DNA from: Leptolyngbyaceae cyanobacterium
Lineage (GTDB): Bacteria; Cyanobacteriota; Cyanobacteriia; Phormidesmidales; Phormidesmidaceae
Reading direction: 5' to 3'
DNA length: 64,000 nt
NCBI GenBank assembly: GCA_050331235.1
Contig: JBHJHA010000005.1
Location: 37,371 to 101,370 of the forward strand
Shown here: piece by piece, positions 41,108 through 51,185 of the stretch
How the letters are laid out: the number at the start of each line of letters is the position of its first letter
Position numbering within the stretch: the stretch's first letter is position 1
Made by a program: the position numbers and the translations under genes
Notes under the pieces: generated by a model
Databases searched by the model: none
What the model was told of the DNA's origin: nothing
Seen by the model: the letters and a program-made list of their open reading frames with translations, nothing else

Positions 41108-43633
41108 TTATTTCTCAGTGGGCCAAAGATAGAAGGCCCCATAAAGCCCCCAAATTGCGAGTGGTCGGAGATAATGGCAGGCTCTGAAGGTCCCAAAAGC
41201 TGTGATGGCTTCAGGGGTGCGAAACTGCAGGCCATAGGTGTAGATTTGCTGCACCACTGCTTCGGTAATGGCTAAGGCGCGATCGCGCTGGCCATTCTGA
41301 GCCAAAAAGGTGGCTAATCCAAAGTTGATGCCGGTCCAAACTTCTAACTGATGGGTCCCGTCGGGGTCCTCTGGGGAGCCGTCGGGTAAAACACCATTGG
41401 CGGCCCCGATCCTCGCGCCTGCTTGGGCTGGACGAAACAAGCCGCTCTGGGCCCCGGTAAACTTTTGCGTCTGTGGTGGGGCCGCCCCCGCCGCATATTC
41501 ATTGAACTTGATGAAACAGGCATGGTAGACGCTGTCCAAGGCTGACTTGAGGTAAGTGGCTTCCACCAAGTCAGGTAAACCCACGAGCCGCACACAAAAC
41601 TGTCCGCAGAGTTGGTCGGCCATGACTACCTCGGAGTGGCTGCTGGTATCTAACCGATAATAGTGACCGTTCCACAGCTTTTTGTGAAAGTGATTGCGGC
41701 TTTGCTCTAGCCAGCGACGATACTGAGTCAACAAAACGGGGGTGTTCCCCGGAGCCTGATCCGCCGCCGTCAGCGCTTCGCCAATCGCGATCGCGCTTTC
41801 CAATGCCGCCATCCACAACCCGCCACAGTAGGCACTCACCCCTTTGAGTTGCCAATCGTCAAAGGTTTGGTCAGGGGCGCCTCCGTTCTCCGGAATACCG
41901 TCGCCATCGGTATCAAACCGCTTGAGATAGGTCAGTGTTTCGGTCACGGCGGGCCAACACTCCGTCAAAAAAGCCAGATCACGCTCTCCCGTTAACTTGT
42001 AAGCGCGATAAACCTGAATCACAAAGTCGCTGGGCAAATCTTTCCACTGATTGCAATCTTGATAGCTGGTGTAATTGGTTTGGATAAAGGGCTGTTCATT
42101 GGGGGCACCCAAATCATGCGGGGTCGCGCCCTTGAGTTTACGGGGGGCGTAATGGTTAGCTTTGCCGACGGTGTAGTAGTAGCCGATAATGCGGGTGCGC
42201 TGATCGGCGGTGGGAATAGCGCGGGCAAACGCCCGAATGATGGCTTTCTCGAGCTCTGGCCAGAGAATGAGCGTAGCTAAACCACCGTAGAGTCGGACAT
42301 CGAGGCTTTCATACCACCGATAGTCTAAGCATTCCAAAACCGCAAATTGTCCAACAGGATCTTGATCGGTGGCGGCATGCCACAGCGTTCCTCCGCTGCT
42401 CAAATCGTAGAGCTCGTTAAACAAAGCCATCTTGAGCCAGTCGGGCAAGTCAGGCTTGTCGAGAATCGGCTGTTGCCAATCCACAATTTGCTGCTGCCAG
42501 GTGGGATAGTTGCCCAGAGCCGTCTTGGCGATCGCCCAGGCGTGGCCTCCCTCCCGACCAAAAAAGTCGGTATAGCGGCGATATGCCGCGATCCCCTCGG
42601 CATATTCTGTCACAGGCAAGTCCCAAGCTAGGGTCATAGGAAGCTGCCGGGTTTCTCCAGGTTGCAGGATAAATCTGACGGCGATCGCACAGCCAACTTG
42701 CTCATCTGCTGCGGCCCAGCGTTCAGTCTCGTCGTTGGCTAGAGAGCCGTCTTGGGCAAAGGTCTGCCAAAGGTCAGCGCCATTACCGGCGGGATCCCAA
42801 TGGCTATGAAAAAAGATTTCAACCCCGGGCTGAGGTGCCGTCGCGATCGCCCAGCTACCATCGCCTTCTGCGGGGGGCTGACCGGACTGGGCCCAATGAC
42901 CGCTCATGATGCAACCCACTGCTGATGTTGTGCGAACGATGTGGTTGTGATTGCCTTGGCTAACGCCAATCGCTGGCACATAATCGTAATAGGGACTGCC
43001 GTCGTCTCGCTGCAGAACTTCGGGAGACTTCTCAGTATTCTTAAACCAGCCCACAAGATTTTGCCAACTCAGCATAATGCTCAGCGTGATGGGTTGGTCA
43101 GTGGGGTTGTAAGCCGTCCACAAAAAGACTGCGACGGGGTAGCTTGCCTCTCGATAGTTATGAGCCCAAATGGGGGAAAGCTGCTCGCAAGTCAACTGAG
43201 CTGCGAACACGTTTTGATATTCAAACCAACTGCGCGGATAGAGGGCATGGTATGTACCCGTATTGATCGGAGCCGCCTCTGAAGCGGTTGGGACTGTTGA
43301 GGGATACCATTGCCAACGGCTTAATGTGGGATGCTCGGGGGGCTGGGTGGAGAGCGCGTAGGTCTGGGTGCGATCGCCCACCGACTCAAATACGCTGAAT
43401 TGGCAGGCGGGGAAGGTCTGGAAAATATGTTCGCCCCCGTCCAGATGCCAGAGGTTGAAATCGCCTTGGGGTGATCGGCCAATGCAGCCGGCTCCGAAGC
43501 CTCCGAGGGGAGCGCCGTGGGCGGGGCCATCATCCAAGTTACTGGCATACCGGACGACGTAGTAATGTTCCCAGCTTCGGCCAATGGGGTGCCACCAAGC
43601 ACACGGAGGAATTGTCAACAAAGATTGGGTCAT
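41108..43633 (-). CDS. GH116 glycoside hydrolase (GBA2-like beta-glucosidase)
   Basis: GAPLGGFGAGCIGR, FAVLECLDYRWYESLDV, PHDLG, PDQTFDDW, QFRTPEA, YLRPLAIW. Confidence 0.93.
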   Translation of the reverse strand: MTQSLLTIPPCAWWHPIGRSWEHYYVVRYASNLDDGPAHGAPLGGFGAGCIGRSPQGDFNLWHLDGGEHIFQTFPACQFSVFESVGDRTQTYALSTQPPEHPTLSRWQWYPSTVPTASEAAPINTGTYHALYPRSWFEYQNVFAAQLTCEQLSPIWAHNYREASYPVAVFLWTAYNPTDQPITLSIMLSWQNLVGWFKNTEKSPEVLQRDDGSPYYDYVPAIGVSQGNHNHIVRTTSAVGCIMSGHWAQSGQPPAEGDGSWAIATAPQPGVEIFFHSHWDPAGNGADLWQTFAQDGSLANDETERWAAADEQVGCAIAVRFILQPGETRQLPMTLAWDLPVTEYAEGIAAYRRYTDFFGREGGHAWAIAKTALGNYPTWQQQIVDWQQPILDKPDLPDWLKMALFNELYDLSSGGTLWHAATDQDPVGQFAVLECLDYRWYESLDVRLYGGLATLILWPELEKAIIRAFARAIPTADQRTRIIGYYYTVGKANHYAPRKLKGATPHDLGAPNEQPFIQTNYTSYQDCNQWKDLPSDFVIQVYRAYKLTGERDLAFLTECWPAVTETLTYLKRFDTDGDGIPENGGAPDQTFDDWQLKGVSAYCGGLWMAALESAIAIGEALTAADQAPGNTPVLLTQYRRWLEQSRNHFHKKLWNGHYYRLDTSSHSEVVMADQLCGQFCVRLVGLPDLVEATYLKSALDSVYHACFIKFNEYAAGAAPPQTQKFTGAQSGLFRPAQAGARIGAANGVLPDGSPEDPDGTHQLEVWTGINFGLATFLAQNGQRDRALAITEAVVQQIYTYGLQFRTPEAITAFGTFRACHYLRPLAIWGLYGAFYLWPTEK

Positions 43634-43966
43634 TTTGCCAGATCGCATCTACAGAGAAGCCTTGCTGCATCTCAATAGTAGAGGCAAGCCACCCCCTTTA
43701 CGGCAGAATGTGTGCCCAGTCTTCTGGAGCTGTCAGGTTGTGTCACAGCTCTCAGGCTGCCTGACAAGTCTTTCCCTCGTAGTGTGCCAATTGACTATGA
43801 AGGTCTGCCCGCTTTGCGCAATCTCTTTTTTATATCCTGTAGCTAGTGGATTTCTCTCTTTGGCGAGAGGAGATTAAGGACTGCAACCTAGTAATTTGAT
43901 GGGTGGAATGCTGAGCTGTGAAGCAAATGCAGCCAGCACATGTGTAGCAGTCAAAAGGATCAATTG

Positions 43967-44329
43967 ATGCAGACTATTTTTACTCGCCTCGGCAAATTTC
44001 TACGCAGTACTCAATTGCGCCGAGCGATCGCCGCCGGTTTCGTCGCAGTTTTGCTGCTCACCGTTCAGATTGCTGATGCCAACGTCGATGCCAGCACTCA
44101 AAATCGCTTGGACCAGCTTGAGGATCTAGGCGAAAACGGTCGTCCTCGCACTACTGGTCAGTTTCGGGAAGATAAGGAAGCTTTGAAAGGTCAACCGGGT
44201 AAAGTAATCAAGCAAATGGGCAGAAATACCGCCGATGCCTTTGGAAAGGCGAATGAAATGGTTGAGCAGACGATCAAAGACGTGACCCCCGGTTTGGACT
44301 ACGACGGCGATCTGCCTCAGGATAAGTGA
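43967..44329 (+). CDS. Hypothetical exported helical protein
   Basis: Signal-like N-terminus (RRAIAAGFVAVLLL), RPRTTGQF motif, amphipathic helices; AAGGA upstream. Confidence 0.7.
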   Translation: MQTIFTRLGKFLRSTQLRRAIAAGFVAVLLLTVQIADANVDASTQNRLDQLEDLGENGRPRTTGQFREDKEALKGQPGKVIKQMGRNTADAFGKANEMVEQTIKDVTPGLDYDGDLPQDK

Positions 44330-44524
44330 GGGCATTGGCTGAGCCGAGGCACAGCCATCCTGGCTACTTTATCGATGTTGACGTTGTCTGGCACCAGACA
44401 AGTTTCCCTGTTCTCAATCGAGGACAGGGATTTTTAAAGGGACATCAGTCGACAATTGACTGGCATCACTGCAGCGGAGAAATTTTTGAGGTGAACTACA
44501 ACTGCTGCCATAATTGCGAGCAGT

Positions 44525-45601
44525 GTGGTGACTGGGTCAATCACTGTGTTGCAGCGTGAAAAAGCAAGCATCGTCCGTCTGCTCGTCGCGATCGCGGCCT
44601 TCGTGATTGTTGTTGCCGGCTTGAAGGCGTCGGCAGAACTGCTCAGCCCAGTTTTGCTGTCACTCTTCATCGTTTTGGTGACTGCTCCCATAGTGCAATG
44701 GCTGCAGGTCCGAGGCATTCCCAGTTGGTTGGCCAACACTTTGGTCATCTTAGGCGTCGTCGCCGTTGGATTATTGCTTGTACTTTTTTTAGCAGCCTCG
44801 GTTGCTCAGCTTACCAGCGCTGTCCCTGAATACCGCTCACTCTTAGATGCCCAATTTGAGCAATTTGAGACATGGCTTAATAGCCATGGCTTTCGAAGCA
44901 CTGATCTATTTGACCTGGACTTTTTTCAGCCATCCCGGTTGATCCAGCTCGTAGTGGGCTTTTTGACTGGACTATTGGGCACCGTTGGTAACGTTGGCCT
45001 AACGCTGTTTATCTTTATCTACATGCTGGCAGGGGCCAACAGTTTCTCGACTAAGCTGAAGCGTGGTTTAGGGGAAGACAATCCTCTCTTACACAAAGTC
45101 AGAGCATTTGGCCAAAGCGTCAGTCTATATCTGCTGATCAAAGGCTGGTTAGGAGCCATGGCTGCCTTGGGGCAGATCCTCTTGCTATGGGCCATCGGTG
45201 TAGACTTTGCTCTGCTCTGGTGTGTGCTATCTTTCCTGTTTAACTTTGTTCCCAACATCGGTTACGTGATTGCTTTGGTGCCGCCGCTGATCTTGTCACT
45301 ACTCGACTCTGGGCTATGGGCTGGCATCGGGGTCTTTGTTGGGTATGCGCTGATCAACAATTTTTTTGATATGGTTGTCGGACCTCGCTTTTTAGGTCGA
45401 GGGTTGGATCTCTCAACTCTGGTAACGTTTTTAGCCGTTATTTTCTGGACCTGGATTTTGGGCCCAATCGGTGCCTTTTTGGCATTGCCGCTGACGGTGA
45501 TGGTCAAGACGCTGATATTGGAAACATTTGCCGACAGCCTGCTGCTAGCGCAAATCATGGGAGCTGATGAAGGTTCAGGGAAGGCCAATGAAAATGGATG
45601 A
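44525..45601 (+). CDS. AI-2E family transporter
   Basis: P.VQWLQ.RGIP, FLFNFVPNIG, PR.LGRGLDLS, W.WILGPIGAFLALPLT. Confidence 0.93.
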   Translation: MVTGSITVLQREKASIVRLLVAIAAFVIVVAGLKASAELLSPVLLSLFIVLVTAPIVQWLQVRGIPSWLANTLVILGVVAVGLLLVLFLAASVAQLTSAVPEYRSLLDAQFEQFETWLNSHGFRSTDLFDLDFFQPSRLIQLVVGFLTGLLGTVGNVGLTLFIFIYMLAGANSFSTKLKRGLGEDNPLLHKVRAFGQSVSLYLLIKGWLGAMAALGQILLLWAIGVDFALLWCVLSFLFNFVPNIGYVIALVPPLILSLLDSGLWAGIGVFVGYALINNFFDMVVGPRFLGRGLDLSTLVTFLAVIFWTWILGPIGAFLALPLTVMVKTLILETFADSLLLAQIMGADEGSGKANENG

Positions 45602-45625
45602 ACTGCGCGATCGCTCAATTCTGCG

Positions 45626-46177
45626 TCAGTTCACACAGGTGCGGGTGGCAGCTATCACTACCCCGTAGATCAGAGTCCCTAACCCGCCGAAGCAAATGGT
45701 GAGCCCAGTGACCATGCCCAACTGACGGTGCAGGCGGCTGAGCCAGTGCAACCGATCGAGATTCACTACAACATAGTCCAGCAGGGAATGGTTTACCATC
45801 AATAGCCCTACGCCGGCGATCGCATCAATGAAGCCCGACACGTGGGGGTCGACGACCGCAAAATCGGGATTGTGATGACTCACGTGAGCGGTCAACGTAT
45901 CGCCAACCCGATAATTACAAACGCCAACAGACCGATTACGCCCCCCAAAGGTATAGCGGCTGGAGACATGTTGAATGCCCTGGTATTCATAGACATAGTC
46001 AAATGTGTAGCGATAGCTGCCGGGACGATAGGTTGACCCCTCAATATACTCGCGGTCAGAGGCTGTGACGGTGGCTGTGACGGGAGCTACAGGCGTCAAC
46101 CTAGCCGTAAGGATGATAGCAGCCGCAAATCCTAATACGACCAAACTCAATAAGGTTTTGAACTGCTGCACTGTCAT
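45626..46177 (-). CDS. DUF3592-like membrane protein
   Basis: TM helix, beta domain (TATVTAS, YVYEYQG, YRVGDTLTAHV...NPDFAVV), further TM helices. Confidence 0.65.
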   Translation of the reverse strand: MTVQQFKTLLSLVVLGFAAAIILTARLTPVAPVTATVTASDREYIEGSTYRPGSYRYTFDYVYEYQGIQHVSSRYTFGGRNRSVGVCNYRVGDTLTAHVSHHNPDFAVVDPHVSGFIDAIAGVGLLMVNHSLLDYVVVNLDRLHWLSRLHRQLGMVTGLTICFGGLGTLIYGVVIAATRTCVN

Positions 46178-46338
46178 ACTGCGCTTTCTGGCTGGTTAGA
46201 GTTGGCCCACCATCGTTTTCTACGGGTAGCTGAGGCTAACACCAAGAAAGGCGATAGCTCCAACTCTGTGACCAAACAGGATCCCCATCTCAGTCTTGAC
46301 CCATTATGTTGAGGTCGATTTTACCTCAGTGGCGTGCG

Positions 46339-49300
46339 CTAAGCGGTGGCATAAATCCGCTGTAGCAAGCCAGGCTGCTGCTGATTACCGATTATCAGGA
46401 GCCGCATGCGCTCAAAGGCCCAGAGATAAAGAGGGGCTCCCCCATGGGCGGCCAAGTTGCGATACTTACTGATTTGATCAAGGGCGGTGGCGGCGGTCTC
46501 AGCATCGGCCTGGAGCCACTGCCCCATGGGATGCTCCCAGCGTTCAAAAAAGTCGGCGAGCAGTGCGCGATCGCTGCGGGAGAGACCCTGACGGGATTTA
46601 GCCTGACAGTACAGCTCGCGATCGTCTGGGGCCGTCGGGCGACCCAGGACTGATGTTTTTACCGATATCCATTGTTCTGCCAATAGCGGCGCTGCCATGC
46701 CTAAGGTATATTTTTTCCCCGGTGCAAGCGAGAAACCGGCTATCTCAGAACGCCCTTGCTCCAAAAGAAACTGATACAGGTCGGCGAAACAAGGCTGTAC
46801 GACTTCTCGCTCGACGACAAATCCCAACCGTAAACCAGCCTCGCTATAGTCCGCCGTTTGCGTATCAGTACCATCGGCCGCATTGAGGGCGGTATATTTA
46901 TAGGCCGCATATAGATCCTTTTGGCTCTGAGTCTGAAGACAGTACCAGATGGCATCCCCAACATCGGCCCGGACTTCTCGCTTAATCGCTTTGGGATTGA
47001 GGGTCGGGGTCGGCCGACTCATATCCTGTTTGAGCGTTTCAATATGGGCCTCTTGAGTTTGAATCGCCGTTTCTTGGGCTTCTACTTTTTCTTGTAAAGC
47101 TTGAAATTGTTGTTTTTGCGAAGACGAGAGCTGCCCCACTTTGGCCTGCAGCAGTTCGAGCTGCTGCGTCAAGGTGGCAATATGTTGATCCTTATCAGCC
47201 AGCAGTTCATCTTTTTCGAGGAGCAGGTGCGTTTGCTGACGAATCTCTAAAGCATCGAGACCAGCCCGCAGCAGATTGAAATAGTGCGCTTGACTAATAT
47301 CCACTTGACGCGCCGGTTCGCCTGGGACACATAAGTAGCCCTTGCGCTCAGGGAGCAACACGACTAAAACCTGCCCTTCAGGGTTGTGAATTTGCAGTTC
47401 TCGAGAGTCGCCTTTTCGTAGGGCCCGGGCTTGGTAGCGCCGCCGACTGAAATAGAAATCCGCTCGGTTAATGGGGGCTGCTGCCTCTGCCTCACTAGCG
47501 GTATAAAACTGCGATGGCTCATCCATAACCGGCTCTGGCGGCGATAGCGACCTCGTTATTAGAGTCCCATTCCCTTCAGTTTCCTCCTGAACAGGGTCTG
47601 CAGCGGGAGATTCAAACGGCAGCTTGACCGTGTTTGTTCCCCCGGTCGTTACAAAGAGCGGCTGCGCAGGACCGGTTGGAGCGGTCGCCGATAGCTGGGT
47701 CGGCATGCGTACCCCAATAAGCTCTAGCTGGATAGTGGTATTTCCTTGCCATTCGTTGATTTTGAGCTTGTAGGCAATATCAATCTGATTTGGCAGAGGG
47801 AGGTAATTGCCCCAGCGCCAGGCGATCGCCGTCAACTCATTGCCGCTTGCATTGGCTACAGATAGTTTCAGATGTGCTTTGGTTTGCCCAATGGCGCGTT
47901 GCTCTGTCACCCGCACATTGGGCGTCCAAAATATGGGCTCAGGGTTGCCGATACCACAGGGGTGCAGCGCATCGATTTGGTCGAATAGCGCGAATGTCAG
48001 TTGCTCTAACGATGCTCTCACGTCAACCGTGACCAACGGCTTCAGGTGCTCTAACCGCAACACTTGGTTGGCAAACTTGGCCAAGCGAGATTTGATTTGC
48101 CGGAGGTGTTTGGCTGGAAAGGAAAAGCCCCCCGCTGCCCGGTGCCCACCAAACTTTGTCATTAAGTCGTGGCAGCTCTGCAAGGCCTCAAACACATTGA
48201 ATTCAGGAATGCCGCGAGCTGAGCCCCGAATTTCCTTTTGTTCCTCATCTTCGTAGGTGCAGATAAATACGGGGACGCCATAACGTTCTACCAGCCGCGA
48301 TGCCACGATGCCAATGACGCCGTGATGCCATTCGGGCTGCACAATGAGTAAGACGCGATCGCGCGGTAGATCCACACTACCTTCTACCTTTTGGGCCTCG
48401 ACCCAAGTGATCGCTTCAGTCTCAATCCGCTCACACATTTCGCGTCGCCGCTGATTAGCCTGTTCACACTCCAGCGCGCGCTGCAAGGCGATGTCGACAT
48501 TGTCGGTCGTCAGCATCTCAATAACGACTTGCGGGTCGCCGATGCGACCTACAGCGTTGATGCGTGGCCCCAAACGGAAGCCAATATCCTCAGGCTTAAG
48601 GGATTCGTTTTCATTGCCGAGGCCAGCTACTTGGATCAGTGCTTGGACGCCAATCAGCCGTGATTTGGGCAATAGGCCGAGGCCTCGCCGCACCCAGCGC
48701 CGGTTCACCCCGGTCAGGGGCGCTAAGTCCGCGATCGTGCCCAGTGTGAATAGTTCTAGCAGCGGAGCCGTCAAATCTTGAATCTGCCCCATTGCTTGGG
48801 CCAGACAAACCGCCAAGATGTAAGCGACGCCGACCCCTGCAACTCCATAGTAAGGAGAGGTTTCAGCAACTAGCTTAGGGTTCAAAATAGCGTGGGCGGG
48901 GGGAATCTCTGGCGGTACATCATGGTGATCCGTCACAATTACTGTCAACCCGAGTTCGCGCGCGTAGGCGATCGGCTCCACGGCGGCAATACCATTATCT
49001 ACCGTTAAAATGACGCTGACCCTATCGGCAAAAAAATCTTCTACGATGCGGGTATTAATGCCATATCCTTCTTGCATGCGGCTGGGGATGGCATAGTCCA
49101 CATTTGCACCCAAACATCGCAGCGCCCGGATCAGCAAAGCCGTACTGGTCATCCCGTCGGCGTCATAATCGCCACAAATGGCAATCTTTTCACCAGCTTC
49201 GATCACTTCGAGTAGGATCTCGATAGTTTGAGCCAGATCCGGAAACTCATCCAGCGGCGAGGGCAACAGCAACGATTCGGGTTGCAAAAACTTTAATGCC

Positions 49301-49512
49301 TCTTCAGGCATGGCGATCTCGCGATTAAGCAACACCTGGGTGAGCAGCGGCGACAACTGTAACTGTTGAGCTAACCCTTGGGCTTCGCCCTTAAGTGCAG
49401 GATGAATAAACCAGCGCTGTTCGGGCAAGGTGGGATGGGCTTCAGAAGCTTGGGGGGACTCCGAAACCGATCGCTGAGAGGCTGTCTTTGCTTTTGCCGG
49501 GTCGCTTACCAA
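46339..49512 (-). CDS. recJ: Single-stranded-DNA exonuclease RecJ with long C-terminal extension
   Basis: GDYDADGMTS, TVDNG, TDHH, GTIAD, GPRINAVGR, GSARG, GGH..AGG, then OB fold; about 450 extra residues follow. Confidence 0.96.
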   Translation of the reverse strand: MVSDPAKAKTASQRSVSESPQASEAHPTLPEQRWFIHPALKGEAQGLAQQLQLSPLLTQVLLNREIAMPEEALKFLQPESLLLPSPLDEFPDLAQTIEILLEVIEAGEKIAICGDYDADGMTSTALLIRALRCLGANVDYAIPSRMQEGYGINTRIVEDFFADRVSVILTVDNGIAAVEPIAYARELGLTVIVTDHHDVPPEIPPAHAILNPKLVAETSPYYGVAGVGVAYILAVCLAQAMGQIQDLTAPLLELFTLGTIADLAPLTGVNRRWVRRGLGLLPKSRLIGVQALIQVAGLGNENESLKPEDIGFRLGPRINAVGRIGDPQVVIEMLTTDNVDIALQRALECEQANQRRREMCERIETEAITWVEAQKVEGSVDLPRDRVLLIVQPEWHHGVIGIVASRLVERYGVPVFICTYEDEEQKEIRGSARGIPEFNVFEALQSCHDLMTKFGGHRAAGGFSFPAKHLRQIKSRLAKFANQVLRLEHLKPLVTVDVRASLEQLTFALFDQIDALHPCGIGNPEPIFWTPNVRVTEQRAIGQTKAHLKLSVANASGNELTAIAWRWGNYLPLPNQIDIAYKLKINEWQGNTTIQLELIGVRMPTQLSATAPTGPAQPLFVTTGGTNTVKLPFESPAADPVQEETEGNGTLITRSLSPPEPVMDEPSQFYTASEAEAAAPINRADFYFSRRRYQARALRKGDSRELQIHNPEGQVLVVLLPERKGYLCVPGEPARQVDISQAHYFNLLRAGLDALEIRQQTHLLLEKDELLADKDQHIATLTQQLELLQAKVGQLSSSQKQQFQALQEKVEAQETAIQTQEAHIETLKQDMSRPTPTLNPKAIKREVRADVGDAIWYCLQTQSQKDLYAAYKYTALNAADGTDTQTADYSEAGLRLGFVVEREVVQPCFADLYQFLLEQGRSEIAGFSLAPGKKYTLGMAAPLLAEQWISVKTSVLGRPTAPDDRELYCQAKSRQGLSRSDRALLADFFERWEHPMGQWLQADAETAATALDQISKYRNLAAHGGAPLYLWAFERMRLLIIGNQQQPGLLQRIYATA

Positions 49513-49685
49513 CGGCTTAGCCCTGTTTACGCAACATAGATCGCTTGCACTAATATACCGCTTCTCATCAAAATGAGACGTCTACCCTGATGGGGCCGGG
49601 AGAGCGTTGCTGGTTCCCAGTAGGAGGCGAGTCCCCTGAGCCACAGCGCAGCCGTTATCTCAGCCATGACTAGTGGTAGCGATCG

Positions 49686-50705
49686 CTAGCTGGCTCCAGA
49701 TTTTGATGTAAATAGGACTAACACCGTCTTGATGATGAGCTGGATATCGTACATCAAACTCCAGTTTTGCTGGTATTTCATGTCGAGGCGAATGACATCC
49801 TCAAACTTTTTGATGTTAGAGCGACCACTGACCTGCCATTCCCCGGTCAGTCCTGGTTTGACGTTGAGGCGCTGCCAGGCTGGTATCTCGTAGTTCTCGA
49901 TTTCATCGGGGGTGGGTGGCCGCGTTCCGACTAAGCTCATGTCGCCTTTTAACACGTTCCAAAACTGCGGGAACTCGTCTAAACTCGTTTTTCTTAAAAT
50001 CCGCCCAATCCGGGTGATGCGAGGATCCTTTTCATTTTTGAATAGAGGACCTTCGACTTCGTTTTTGACTTGCTGCTTCAAGGCTTCGGCGTTCACTACC
50101 ATAGAGCGGAATTTCCAGATGCGAAAACGACGACCCATCCAAGAGCAGCGAATTTGGCTAAAGAAGATTGGTCCCGGATCATCAATTTGAATTGCGATCG
50201 CAATGGGAATAAAGAGGATGCCAGTGATGCCCAATCCGACTAAGGCTCCCACGATATCCATGGCGCGCTTCATTTTTGAGGTGACGGAAGGATGAGTTGC
50301 GATCGCTCCCCGATCTAGCCGACCCAGACGGGAGCCACCGACCGATGCTTGGGGTTGCTGTTGCGCGATAGTGAATACCTTATCCAGGTCTGTCATATTG
50401 AGGACCAACATGACCTGGGGACCCACTTCTTTGAGCAGCAGTTCGACCTGATGCTGCTCGCACAGGCGGCGGCAAATGACAAGGGAGCCTAAACCGCTGC
50501 TGTCTAAAAAGGTCGTCGCCGCAAAGTTGAGCGTCAGGCGCTCTAGGGCACCGTGATGGGTGGCAAAAATCTCTCGGCAGGTGCTTTGAAAATCTATTGC
50601 CTCATTGACGGCAAATATTTCCGGGAGCAAAATAGTGCATATCCCATTCTGGAAATGAGTCTGAATTGGGGGTCTGGGTGAACTTGAAGGCATGCCAGTC
50701 ATCAT
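49686..50705 (-). CDS. STAS (anti-sigma-factor antagonist) domain fused to a priming sugar transferase
   Basis: FLDSSGLG STAS motif; KRAMDI, KFRSM, DPRITRIG, SLDEFPQ, SLVGTRP, KPGLTG. Confidence 0.92.
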   Translation of the reverse strand: MMTGMPSSSPRPPIQTHFQNGICTILLPEIFAVNEAIDFQSTCREIFATHHGALERLTLNFAATTFLDSSGLGSLVICRRLCEQHQVELLLKEVGPQVMLVLNMTDLDKVFTIAQQQPQASVGGSRLGRLDRGAIATHPSVTSKMKRAMDIVGALVGLGITGILFIPIAIAIQIDDPGPIFFSQIRCSWMGRRFRIWKFRSMVVNAEALKQQVKNEVEGPLFKNEKDPRITRIGRILRKTSLDEFPQFWNVLKGDMSLVGTRPPTPDEIENYEIPAWQRLNVKPGLTGEWQVSGRSNIKKFEDVIRLDMKYQQNWSLMYDIQLIIKTVLVLFTSKSGAS

Positions 50706-51185
50706 TGCAATAAAGAGTTGCCCAAAGAAACCGGGTGACTAACGAAGCAAACAGCGGTGTTCCGAGCTGACCTACCGATGAGAACCCTGTGGCCATACCG
50801 CCAGGCCAGGCAATGAACACATGGCTATCGGGAAGCGATGCCCGCTGCCCAGGCTGACTGGCTTTGCTCTACACATTACTACAGCAGCCTCAGAGCGTTT
50901 TCGGGCGGTTCATGGTTATGGTGCCCAAGAATCTTGAAAAACAGTTGATTGCTACTTCCTTGGGTTGATAACTGCAATGGTGTGTTGAAGTTGACCTGCA
51001 ATGGTGCTTTTCGAGAATTGCTGGGACTCTCGAAGCATTAAATTAGACCAGTCCCAGAACTGTACCAGGCTCGGCGTTGTTGAGACAGAATGAACGGTTT
51101 GGCATAACCCAGGTTGGGTTGCGTCAGTCAGGCCGAGCTTTTAGTCCCGCTGATAAAGGTCTCATAATCGCGATCGCGTTGTGCT

